DNA from: Lysobacterales bacterium
Lineage (GTDB): Bacteria > Pseudomonadota > Gammaproteobacteria > Xanthomonadales > SZUA-5
Direction: 5' to 3'
Length of the DNA: 17,269 nucleotides
NCBI GenBank assembly: GCA_022844165.1
Contig: JALHMH010000057.1
Location: 1-17,269 of the forward strand
The notes below the pieces were generated by a model that did not search any database, had not been told where the DNA came from, and worked only from the letters and a program-made list of their open reading frames with translations. Below are positions 9,006 through 16,516 of this stretch, piece after piece; within the stretch, counting starts at the first letter, position 1, and each line of letters opens with the position of its first letter. Position numbers and translations under genes: made by a program.

Positions 9006-10142
9006 GTGGCAGAGAGCGCAAACCAACACTATGTTCCGCAGTTCTATTTCCGCGGATTTTCCTCGGATGATCGGAGCGTATGCGTACTGAATCGCAGTAC
9101 TGGGAAGACAATTCCAGTCGCCTCGATCAAGGGGCAAGCGTCCAAGAAGTACTTCTACGGTGATGCTGCTGTCGAGAAGAGACTTCAGCAGGTAGACGGC
9201 GCTTTCAGCGGAGTTGTTCGGCGATTTCGGGAATGCGCAGCTTTCGACGAATTCTCCGGGGAGGACTACTACACCCTTCTGCAGAACATCATGCTTCAGA
9301 AGTCTCGGACCATGTCGGCGCGGACCCGAAGCAAGGCAATGCAAGACCACTTACTACAGCTGCACCTAGAGATAGGAGTTCATACGGACGAGTCACTTGA
9401 TGATGAGACTCGTCAAGCCTTCTTGAACTTCGCACGGGAAGCAGAGGCTGATCCGAGGCAGTACCAAACCCTTGAGATGTCGATAGCTCTCGACCGCGTC
9501 GACTCCCTGCTGGATCTGCGTCCTGTTGTGCTCGAAAACAGGACGAACCGGCCATTCATCTTTGGCGATGCTCCTGTCGTCTTTAGCAACCCCCATCTCC
9601 GCAAAGTCCGCTTGCGCGGTGTCTTGGGTGCTCAGACTCCCGGGCTCATGATCTTTTATCCACTGAGCCCCTTCAGACAACTTGTCTTCGTCGACGAAGA
9701 CGTCTATCGACTGAAACGCCAGACATCAGACTTCTTGCGAGTTCGCGACCTAAGAGACGTCTCTACCTTGAATCGGCTTCAGATTCAGAACGCGTCTTCC
9801 GCTGTTTACTTCCATACATCAGACTTCTTGCGAGTTCGCGACCTAAGAGACGTCTCTACCTTGAATCGGCTTCAGATTCAGAACGCGTCTTCCGCTGTTT
9901 ACTTCCATGACTATAAGTTCGCCCAGTACGTCGCCTCACTGTGGCAAGAGGAACGGGCGCGGCTAGCCGACCACCGCGGCGCCGTGGTCGAAGCACCTGG
10001 ATTCGACCGGAGCGGGAAATCCATGGGAAACATCTTCCACTCCTTCGACAGGCAATTGCCGCTGATTCCCCGGCTTAGCTTCGTTCAGTACGTCGAAGTG
10101 CCAGAACGCGAATACCGATTCTCACGCCGCAAGGAGCGTTAA
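9006..10142 (+). CDS. DUF4238-like protein
   Basis: N-terminal NQHYVPQFYFRGFS, plus FIFGDAPV and IFYPLSP, as in DUF4238. Probable GTG start at 9006, just after the immunity gene stop. Confidence 0.85.
   Translation: MAESANQHYVPQFYFRGFSSDDRSVCVLNRSTGKTIPVASIKGQASKKYFYGDAAVEKRLQQVDGAFSGVVRRFRECAAFDEFSGEDYYTLLQNIMLQKSRTMSARTRSKAMQDHLLQLHLEIGVHTDESLDDETRQAFLNFAREAEADPRQYQTLEMSIALDRVDSLLDLRPVVLENRTNRPFIFGDAPVVFSNPHLRKVRLRGVLGAQTPGLMIFYPLSPFRQLVFVDEDVYRLKRQTSDFLRVRDLRDVSTLNRLQIQNASSAVYFHTSDFLRVRDLRDVSTLNRLQIQNASSAVYFHDYKFAQYVASLWQEERARLADHRGAVVEAPGFDRSGKSMGNIFHSFDRQLPLIPRLSFVQYVEVPEREYRFSRRKER
9723..9908 (+). repeat. Exact 93-bp tandem duplication (31 aa, in frame)
   Basis: 9723-9815 equals 9816-9908, giving TSDFLRVRDLRDVSTLNRLQIQNASSAVYFH twice. 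Confidence 0.97.
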
Positions 10143-10328
10143 TGCCTCGAGCTAATATCGGTTACCCGCGAAAATGTTCGGCACTTTGAGGAAGCTCGTC
10201 TTGGGGGTATGAAAAAATCTCGTACTCTTTCGGCCGGCATGGATCAGGAAGCGCCGCAAAGGCTATCTCGCGCCGGCTCTGGCGCGCACGCTGTCTGGGT
10301 CTTTGGTGCGTTTGCTGGCGGTGTGCCT

Positions 10329-10415
10329 ATTCCACGCATGCCGGTCACCAATTCCACGCCATGCCGGTCGCACATTCCACGGCATGCCGGTCACCGATTC
10401 CACGGCATGCCGGTC
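10329..10415 (+). repeat. Four 22-23-bp IS21 transposase-binding terminal repeats
   Basis: ATTCCACG(g/c)CATGCCGGTC at 10329, 10351, 10374 and 10397, directly downstream of istB. Confidence 0.92.
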
Positions 10416-10459
10416 GGGTGCAACGGGTGATTTACTGTCCTAGAAATTGCATGGTTTCG

Positions 10460-11233
10460 TCAATGTTTTTTTGAGGTGTTTTGATCTCCTTTTGCTAAAC
10501 CGTTTGAACGGCGTGCGCGCATCGAGTCGCCTTTGAGCGTGATCCGATGTGCGTTGTGCACAAGACGGTCGAGGATGGCGTCGGCGAGCGTCGGATCGCC
10601 GAGGTAGGCATGCCAGCGTTCTATGGGCAACTGGCTGGTGATCAATGTAGCGGCGCGATCGTAGCGATCGTCGAGTAGCTCCAGTAGATCGCGTTGCTGC
10701 GCGCCGTGCATCGGCGTCAAGCCGAAGTCGTCGATGACCAGCAGTGCTGCCTTGGACAGATGCTTGAACAACTGGCTTTTTTTGCGCAGCTCCCCGGCCT
10801 TGATCAGCTCATCGATGAGCCGTGGCAAACGCAAATAGCGCACGCTAATCTCATGCTTGCAGGCCTGATGGGCGAGCGCGCAGGCGAGATAGCTTTTGCC
10901 AACGCCGGTAGGCCCAACGATGAGCAGGTTGAGTTTTTGATCGATCCATTGGAGCGTCGAGAGTTCGGTCAACTGACGCTTGTCCAGCCCACGGGGTGCA
11001 CGCGCATCGATGTCTTCGATACAGGCCTGCTGCTGTGGCAGTTTTGCCCACCGCAGCCGTTGTGCGTAGCGATAGTTGGCGCGGTCCAATTGTTCCTGAT
11101 CGAGCAGCATCGAGAGGCGATCGTCGAACGACAGATCGAGGGTATCGACACTCGCCTGTTGGCGCTCGAAGGCGCGCGCCATGCCACGCAGGCCGAGGCT
11201 TTGCAGTATTTCATTGATCGGCTGGCTCAGCAT
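10460..11233 (-). CDS. istB: IS21-family helper AAA+ ATPase IstB
   Basis: Walker A GPTGVGKS, Walker B LLVIDDFG, and ADAILDRLVHNAHRITLKGDSMR. Confidence 0.97.
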   Translation of the reverse strand: MLSQPINEILQSLGLRGMARAFERQQASVDTLDLSFDDRLSMLLDQEQLDRANYRYAQRLRWAKLPQQQACIEDIDARAPRGLDKRQLTELSTLQWIDQKLNLLIVGPTGVGKSYLACALAHQACKHEISVRYLRLPRLIDELIKAGELRKKSQLFKHLSKAALLVIDDFGLTPMHGAQQRDLLELLDDRYDRAATLITSQLPIERWHAYLGDPTLADAILDRLVHNAHRITLKGDSMRARRSNGLAKGDQNTSKKH

Positions 11234-11310
11234 GGCAGCGCCCCGTAGAACGCGTCGCCGCGTACATGTTCGTGAAATTCGTGGCGTGGCTGCGGTGGCG
11301 GATCGGTGGG
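11227..11310 (-). pseudogene. istA: IstA transposase C-terminal stub
   Basis: The minus strand reads TDPPPQPRHEFHEHVRGDAFYGALPC*, matching the IstA HxNxRGxxYY tail. Its stop overlaps the istB start (ATGCTGA). Confidence 0.75.
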
Positions 11311-11358
11311 CGGATGGAGGCTAAAATCGCCCCGAGAAATCGGGCCGAAGGAGACGCC

Positions 11359-11622
11359 GTGAATCTACGCGAAGCGTTGCATGGCTTGGCAGAGCGCCTG
11401 CCAGACGGCGCCACATGGGACGATGTAATTGAACACGCGCAATATCGGAAGGCGGTGCTTGAAGGCATTGCCCAAGCGGATCGCGGCGAGTTCGCCAGCG
11501 ATGAGCGTATCCAGCAGCTGTTCGCGAAGTTCGGCATTGGTGCTGACCGCGAACACGAGGAGGCTTACAATGGCGGCGACGAATCCACACCGGGCGACAA
11601 CGATGGCCGCGCGCTTCGATGA
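11359..11622 (+). CDS. Putative type II antitoxin, paralogue 1
   Basis: GTG start after GAAGGAG. LAERLPDGATWDDV..AVLEGIAQADRGEF..LFAK is typical of small RelE/ParE-partner antitoxins. Confidence 0.7.
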   Translation: MNLREALHGLAERLPDGATWDDVIEHAQYRKAVLEGIAQADRGEFASDERIQQLFAKFGIGADREHEEAYNGGDESTPGDNDGRALR

Positions 11623-11818
11623 GATCCAGACGCCAAGCGTTAAACAGCAAGCAATGGCGTTCTTGAGCCAGCTTCCGGATGACGTGAGTTGGGAGCAGCT
11701 GGCGCACGAGTTCGCGATCGCGGCGGGCGTTGCCGAATCGATTGAGGAAGATCAGATCGCCGATCCGGCGCAGGTTGCCGCGTTGTTCGCGAAGGCCGGA
11801 GTTCGTCTTGCGGCTTGA
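11570..11818 (+). CDS. Putative type II antitoxin, paralogue 2
   Basis: ATG after GAGGAGG (11557-11563). SVKQQAMAFLSQLPDDVSWEQL..LFAK is similar to paralogue 1. Overlaps the toxin start. Confidence 0.7.
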   Translation: MAATNPHRATTMAARFDEIQTPSVKQQAMAFLSQLPDDVSWEQLAHEFAIAAGVAESIEEDQIADPAQVAALFAKAGVRLAA

Positions 11819-12089
11819 GTGGAGCTTGCGAGCGGCGCGCGATCTTGAGCGCGAATACGAATACGCCGCCAAGCACAGCAATCCACAGAATGCGGCTGCG
11901 CTGATGGGCTACATCGTCTCAGCCGTCGAGCACTTGCGGATGGTGCCGCAGGCGGGGCGAGCGGGCCGCGTGGCGAATACGCGCGAATACGTGGTTCAGC
12001 GAACCAAGCTCTTGCTGATTTACCGCGTTCGCGGCGATGCGCTGCGCATCGAGCGGGTGTATCCGGCGCACCGGCGGGCGCCGAAGTAG
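11808..12089 (+). CDS. RelE/ParE-family toxin
   Basis: TTG start after GGAG. MRLEWSLRAARDL..P.AGRAGRVANTREYVV..LIYRV..LRIERV, 93 aa. Confidence 0.88.
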   Translation: MRLEWSLRAARDLEREYEYAAKHSNPQNAAALMGYIVSAVEHLRMVPQAGRAGRVANTREYVVQRTKLLLIYRVRGDALRIERVYPAHRRAPK

Positions 12090-12412
12090 GCGGCAACGAC
12101 GGCGGCCGACACGAATCGCACGGAACCCGGCGCGGCTTAAGCGCTGGCGCGCTTGAAGCCGACGCCTGGCGTGAGCGCGGGCCGAGTGGACGAGCGCGGC
12201 GACCGACACGCGACTCGATCCGACACGACACGCGGCCCGCGAGGACAAGCGCGCAATGGACGCCGTCACGCGGCTTGCTTGTGGCCGCCTGCGCCGCTTG
12301 GCGCGCGCATGCGGCGCAAGCCGCGCGCCGGCAGCGGTTCCGCGCCATGCCGGTCGCAGAGTCCAAGGCATCAGTAAGATGCGCGCGAGCGGGAGCCCAC
12401 TTGCCAAGGCAC

Positions 12413-12440
12413 AAAAAAAGCCGCAGATAGCGGCTCTTTC
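12413..12440 (-). terminator. Intrinsic terminator of the minus-strand gene ending at 12460 (possibly bidirectional)
   Basis: A7 run plus the stem-loop AGCCGC-agata-GCGGCT, followed by CTTTC. It lies about 20 bp past the stop codon. Confidence 0.8.
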
Positions 12441-12459
12441 CGTTCCATGTGGTGACCGG

Positions 12460-12951
12460 CTAGGCCGCCCGCTGAACCTCCGGCCCGTCCGTGGGCTTGG
12501 ATGGGCGTCTGCCACCGGAGAATCGCCCGGACAGATCGCGACGCAGGGATTCCAAGCCTTCGCTACGGCCGGTCAGCTTCAGCAGTCCATAGGCTTGCAG
12601 TGCAACGGTCATGATGTCGTTACCGAGTGCCGCATCGGTATCGTTGCCACGCTCACACAAGCTGGTCAATCGAGTCAGCACAGGGCGTAACTGATCCAAC
12701 ACCTTGAGATCGGCAATGGCTTTGTTGACTGGAACATTGGCCGGAATCATCTGCGGATTCTGGCTGATCACTTGCAAGGCCTGACGGCTAAAGCTCTCAC
12801 TCTTGATTCCCATCTTGCGCATCCGGCGCTTGTCCATTTCGCTCAGGGCAATCAGCCCAGTTAGTTCGGTTTCCAACGTGGTCAGCGCCGCGTTCACGGC
12901 AGCGATTTGGGTTTCAGTGAGGGTCAGGTTTACGAGGTTTTGCATGGTCAT
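12460..12951 (-). CDS. Conserved-looking all-helical hypothetical protein (163 aa)
   Basis: MTMQNLVNLTL..LIALS..RRMRKMGIKSESF..QNP..LGNDIM..ALQAYG with a basic tail. AAGGA RBS upstream of ATG 12951 and a terminator downstream. Function unknown. Confidence 0.8.
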   Translation of the reverse strand: MTMQNLVNLTLTETQIAAVNAALTTLETELTGLIALSEMDKRRMRKMGIKSESFSRQALQVISQNPQMIPANVPVNKAIADLKVLDQLRPVLTRLTSLCERGNDTDAALGNDIMTVALQAYGLLKLTGRSEGLESLRRDLSGRFSGGRRPSKPTDGPEVQRAA

Positions 12952-13141
12952 AGTGACTTTCCTTTTTAGCTTTTGATAGAGCGTCCGCACTGTGCGGATC
13001 GCTACCCGGCGTTGTTTCCGGGGTGTGGCTATCAGACGCCCGCGCCATGTCACTGGATGACACGTTGGTTAAGTACTACCGAACGAAGGTCTGGAAGGGC
13101 AGGACGCCCTTGCGCCAAGCACCGACGATCGATGCGAAAGC

Positions 13142-13565
13142 TTCGCGAACGAACGCCGCACATTCGATATCGGAGCTCAGACCTTCGCGATTGAATGGTG
13201 AGCATTCGATGACGAACAAAATTTGTTCGATCGCGAATGAAATTCGTTCGATGGCAAACGAAATCCACTCAATGGCAAACGCCGATCATTCGCGATCGAA
13301 TGGTCGAGCATTCAACGACGAACGCCAGCGGTTCGCGATCGAATGGTCGAGCACTCAACGACGAACGCCAGCCATTCGCGAGCGAATGGTTGAGCATTCA
13401 ACAACGAACGCCAGCCGTTCGCGATCGAATGGTCGAGCATTCAATAACGGAGCTCAGACCTTCGCGATCGAATGGTGGGTATTCAATGACGGAGGTGCGA
13501 CCTGCGTGGTCGAAGGATGAGCATTCAACGGCGAACCCTGGTCATTCGTTTTCGAACCGTCTGGG
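13142..13565. repeat. Array of ~20 units of 21 (22) bp, each starting with a TTCG-N4-CGAA-like palindrome; central part is a 43-bp higher-order repeat
   Basis: Unit starts: 13142, 13163, 13184, 13205, 13226, 13247, 13268, 13289, 13311, 13332, 13354, 13375, 13397, 13418, 13440, 13461, 13482, 13503, 13524, 13545. Confidence 0.9.
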
Positions 13566-13700
13566 CTTTGGAGGCCGCCGCCGGCCATCGCGACGGCGCT
13601 ACCATCTGGTGCCGCGGCCCCGGCGCTGCTGACTTCGGTCGGCGAAGCGCTGGCTGGCGCGGCGAATACGAGCCCACTTCACCCTTAAGAACTTCACCGC

Positions 13701-14660
13701 ATGGAACGCACAGAACGCATTGCCCTGCTGCATGGATTGCTCACGCGCAATCGTTACGGCCTCAGCAACGACCGCCTGATGCAGGAAGCGGGGTGCTCGC
13801 GCTCCACGCTGTATCGAGATCTGAGCTTTATGCGCGATACGCTGGGTGCGCCGCTGGTCCACGAAGGCGATCCGGGGCGCATCTGGCGCTATGTGCATCG
13901 TGAATCCGGCGCCTTCCAATTGCCCGGCGTTTGGCTGAGCGCAGACGAGTTGTACGCGCTGATGCTCGCGCAGGAAGTTTTGCAGCGCAGCGGCGCCGGC
14001 TTGCTCAGTCAGGCGCTGGGTCCCTTGCAGCCGCGCATCCAAAAACTGCTGGGCGACAAAGCCCGCCGTCTGCACCGGCTGCGCGTGCTGCGCACCCAGG
14101 CGCGGCAAGGCAACCAGACAGTCTTTCGCATCGTCACCGAAGCCGTGCTCGAAGGCCGCCAATTGCGCTTTGTCTATCAGGCGCGTTCCACACAAGAAGA
14201 GCGCGAACGCCAGGTCTCCCCGCAGCGCCTCACGCACCATCGCGACAACTGGTATCTGGACGCCTGGGACCCAACGCAAAACAGCCTGCGCCGCTTCGCC
14301 CTCGACCGCATCCGCAAACCGGAGCTTAGCGATGAGGCCGCCATCGAACTGCCCGCCGCCCAGCTCGACACCCACCAGGCCGCCGGATACGGCATCTTCG
14401 CCGGACCGATCATCGCCACCGCCGTCATCCGCTTCACCCCACACGCCGCCCGCTGGATTGCCGACGAGCACTGGCACCCCGCGCAACGCCAGCGCGTCCT
14501 GCCCGACGGCAGCCTCGAACTCACCATCCCGTACGCCAACCCGCGCGAGCTGCTGATGGACGTGCAACGCTACGGCGCCGACGCCGAAATCCTCGCGCCG
14601 GTGGAGCTGCGCGAGCAGATGCGGGGGATGCTGGCGGCGGCGTTGGGGAGGTATGGGTAG
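13701..14660 (+). CDS. WYL-domain transcriptional regulator (wHTH-WYL-WCX; YafY/PafB-like)
   Basis: HTH CSRSTLYRDL, WYL motifs VSPQRL..NWYLDAW..RRFALDRI, and C-terminal YGADAEILAPVELR. Confidence 0.95.
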   Translation: MERTERIALLHGLLTRNRYGLSNDRLMQEAGCSRSTLYRDLSFMRDTLGAPLVHEGDPGRIWRYVHRESGAFQLPGVWLSADELYALMLAQEVLQRSGAGLLSQALGPLQPRIQKLLGDKARRLHRLRVLRTQARQGNQTVFRIVTEAVLEGRQLRFVYQARSTQEERERQVSPQRLTHHRDNWYLDAWDPTQNSLRRFALDRIRKPELSDEAAIELPAAQLDTHQAAGYGIFAGPIIATAVIRFTPHAARWIADEHWHPAQRQRVLPDGSLELTIPYANPRELLMDVQRYGADAEILAPVELREQMRGMLAAALGRYG

Positions 14661-14840
14661 GGGCGATTTCTGATCTGTCCCAGATCATTGTTGTCTGGGA
14701 TCTCGACATTCACACGCGCAGTTGTTCGCGGCAGCGGATACTCCTTGAGGCGGCCTTCTAGATTGCAGTACGCTCTCGATTGCGATCCCCGCGAACAGTT
14801 CCAATGGACGCAGGGTGTGTTCAAAGTTCCAAAATGATAG

Positions 14841-15908
14841 GTGAGTTCGATGCTGCTTTGCCTTTCTTCAGGTGCAACTCCGCGCTATCGGCAGGACATA
14901 CTTCGGGCACTGTCCAAGCCAGAAGGTATGGAGTTGCGTTTCCGTTACGAACTCGATCTCGTCGAGGAGGAACTGAAGCAAGGCATTGCGTGTTTAGTTG
15001 GTGAGGAAGTCTGTATCGCTTATCTTGATCGTAGCAAGTCGAATAAAATGCCGAAAGTGGTGCCAGTTCGGAGCGGGATCGTCACAAATGTTGCGGTCCT
15101 TGGTGACTTCTGCGTTCTTGACTTCCAGTTGGGAATGCACTCTGCGGCGAACGACATAGACAAGCTCAATGATGAACTGCGTTTTGCAGTCCCAACCCTG
15201 CCGAAGTGGGATTCTGATGCGAATTTGATTGGCCAGTTTTGTCATCGCTTGGCGAATGTCCCGCCTTCGCTTATGAAGACGAACACCATCGAAGGCTGGC
15301 AGCGAATCTGCAAGGAATTGGCGACACATGGGGACTTTGGGACCGAGCCTTTTTTTTACCGAGTTGAAGGCATTTTTAACCTTGACACTAAAGCGCTGAT
15401 TCCAATCAATAGCGGTGCTTTTCACATCCCGTCAGACGCCTTCCTTGAACTGCGCCTGCTGCACTATGCGCCGTCACTCGACGTGAATAAGACTGGCTCT
15501 AGCGACACTAGTTGGCTGTCTGCACAGACCAAAGAGGACGACCTCGCAATCATCAGCAACCCTAGTCTGGCGATAGACTCCGGCTACGATCTCAAGGCCA
15601 TCCGAATGCGTGCGGCAACCGTCATGCGTGATTCGGAGAGCGTGATAACGCTGACGCGCAAGCCTCCCGCAGTGGCTGGTGTGGCGTCAGATTCCATATG
15701 GGACTTCGACCTGCCGGTTCGAGTAACGCGGAACCTCAAACGCCTGCTTTGGCAAGGTATGTTGGTTGGCCTGCTGGTCGCAAGTCAGGGTCTTGTCGCG
15801 ATTTGGAACAACGAGCACATCGCTGACAAATTGGTGCCTATGGTTCTGGTCGTGTTCCTGGGATTGGCAACTGGATACGTGGCAACCTTCAACTTGCGGA
15901 AGCCCTAA
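14841..15908 (+). CDS. Hypothetical protein with two C-terminal transmembrane helices
   Basis: 355-aa ORF. Hydrophobic segments LLWQGMLVGLLVASQGLVAIW and LVPMVLVVFLGLATGYVATF. Visibly more AT-rich than the WYL gene. Confidence 0.8.
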   Translation: MSSMLLCLSSGATPRYRQDILRALSKPEGMELRFRYELDLVEEELKQGIACLVGEEVCIAYLDRSKSNKMPKVVPVRSGIVTNVAVLGDFCVLDFQLGMHSAANDIDKLNDELRFAVPTLPKWDSDANLIGQFCHRLANVPPSLMKTNTIEGWQRICKELATHGDFGTEPFFYRVEGIFNLDTKALIPINSGAFHIPSDAFLELRLLHYAPSLDVNKTGSSDTSWLSAQTKEDDLAIISNPSLAIDSGYDLKAIRMRAATVMRDSESVITLTRKPPAVAGVASDSIWDFDLPVRVTRNLKRLLWQGMLVGLLVASQGLVAIWNNEHIADKLVPMVLVVFLGLATGYVATFNLRKP

Positions 15909-15913
15909 GTTTC

Positions 15914-16396
15914 ATGCACACAAAAATCGAAGTGAAACACCAAATGGATCGCAAGAAACTTGCTCTGTTGGTCGGGATTCGACGGACTCTTGTTAAGCAC
16001 TTCGCTCCTGATACTGCTTACCCGGGGACGCAGTCCTCAATACCTAGTGCTGGTCATTGCGCGATCGTCGCCGCGATTGCTGCGCTGGAGATCGGTGCGG
16101 GATTAGCCAGCACCTCAGTGCAGGGCGTTAGACACTGGATAAACCGGGTGTCGGATGGCAACTTGTTTTGGGATGTCGACTTAACTGGCGATCAGTTCGG
16201 CTTGCCAGAGATTCAGTTCGCTGAGGCCGGAAAACTCTATCCGGAGGTGAGGGACGAGAGCATGACGGCGCTGAAGCCCGAAACCCTTCAGCGTGCGCTC
16301 AAGTTGGCACAGCGCGCCGGCCTGCGTGATGTCATCCCGCCTCTCATGGCAATGCTGAGATCCAAGCAGGACCTCGAGGAGATTGTCCAAGCCTGA
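15914..16396 (+). CDS. YunG-like protein with putative papain/transglutaminase-type Cys-His-Asp triad
   Basis: PSAGHCAIVA, RHWINR and DVDLTGDQF motifs. Starts 5 bp after the upstream stop, so probably co-transcribed. Confidence 0.68.
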   Translation: MHTKIEVKHQMDRKKLALLVGIRRTLVKHFAPDTAYPGTQSSIPSAGHCAIVAAIAALEIGAGLASTSVQGVRHWINRVSDGNLFWDVDLTGDQFGLPEIQFAEAGKLYPEVRDESMTALKPETLQRALKLAQRAGLRDVIPPLMAMLRSKQDLEEIVQA

Positions 16397-16516
16397 AAAA
16401 ACATGCCCGACATACCGTGGCACCATGATGCGCGAACAGCGTCATTGAGGAACCGTTCGCTGCGTAGGTCCAGGTACATGACCGAAGACGGCCATCGAGA
16501 CGAAGGGCAGTGATAA

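Larger units (their letters stand above)
10324..11310 (-). mobile_element. Truncated IS21-family insertion sequence (end repeats, istB, istA stub)
   Basis: The TG-initiated end TGCCTATTCC is followed by four repeats, then istB and the istA C-terminus. The rest of istA and the other end are not visible. The 11310 boundary is approximate. Confidence 0.88.

Noticed and set aside
3089-9284. Avoidance of the presumed CTGCAG target site
   Set aside because: Sites are present at 3089, 3469, 8674 and 9279. A few Leu-Gln pairs elsewhere avoid it, but the numbers are too small without a genome-wide count.
10329-10415. Four short direct repeats as a mini-CRISPR array
   Set aside because: Gaps are only 3-4 nt, there are no cas genes, and the position after istB identifies them as IS21 terminal repeats.
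10209-10430. 73-aa ORF downstream of the DUF4238-like gene
   Set aside because: It runs into the IS terminal repeats and has no recognisable motif.
12451-12460. GGTGACCGGC as the inverted second end of the IS21 element
   Set aside because: Only a 10-bp match, with no flanking GGAAT or terminal CA.
13289-13503. 43-bp repeats as a CRISPR array
   Set aside because: The would-be spacers are near-identical to each other and are themselves units of the 21-bp motif; no cas genes are present.
13142-13565. Array units as LexA/SOS boxes
   Set aside because: They do not match the Gram-positive CGAAC-N4-GTTCG, the gammaproteobacterial CTGT-N8-ACAG or the alphaproteobacterial GTTC-N7-GTTC geometry.
13023-13632. 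ORFs 13023-13520 and 13237-13632 as heptad-repeat proteins
   Set aside because: The same peptide blocks rotate through all three frames because of the 22-bp units, and there is no convincing RBS. They are by-products of the array.
14671-14700. Overlapping hairpins after the WYL gene as a terminator or att site
   Set aside because: TGATCTG/CAGATCA and TCCCAGA/TCTGGGA are real inverted repeats, but there is no U-tract, partner site or integrase, so no function can be supported.
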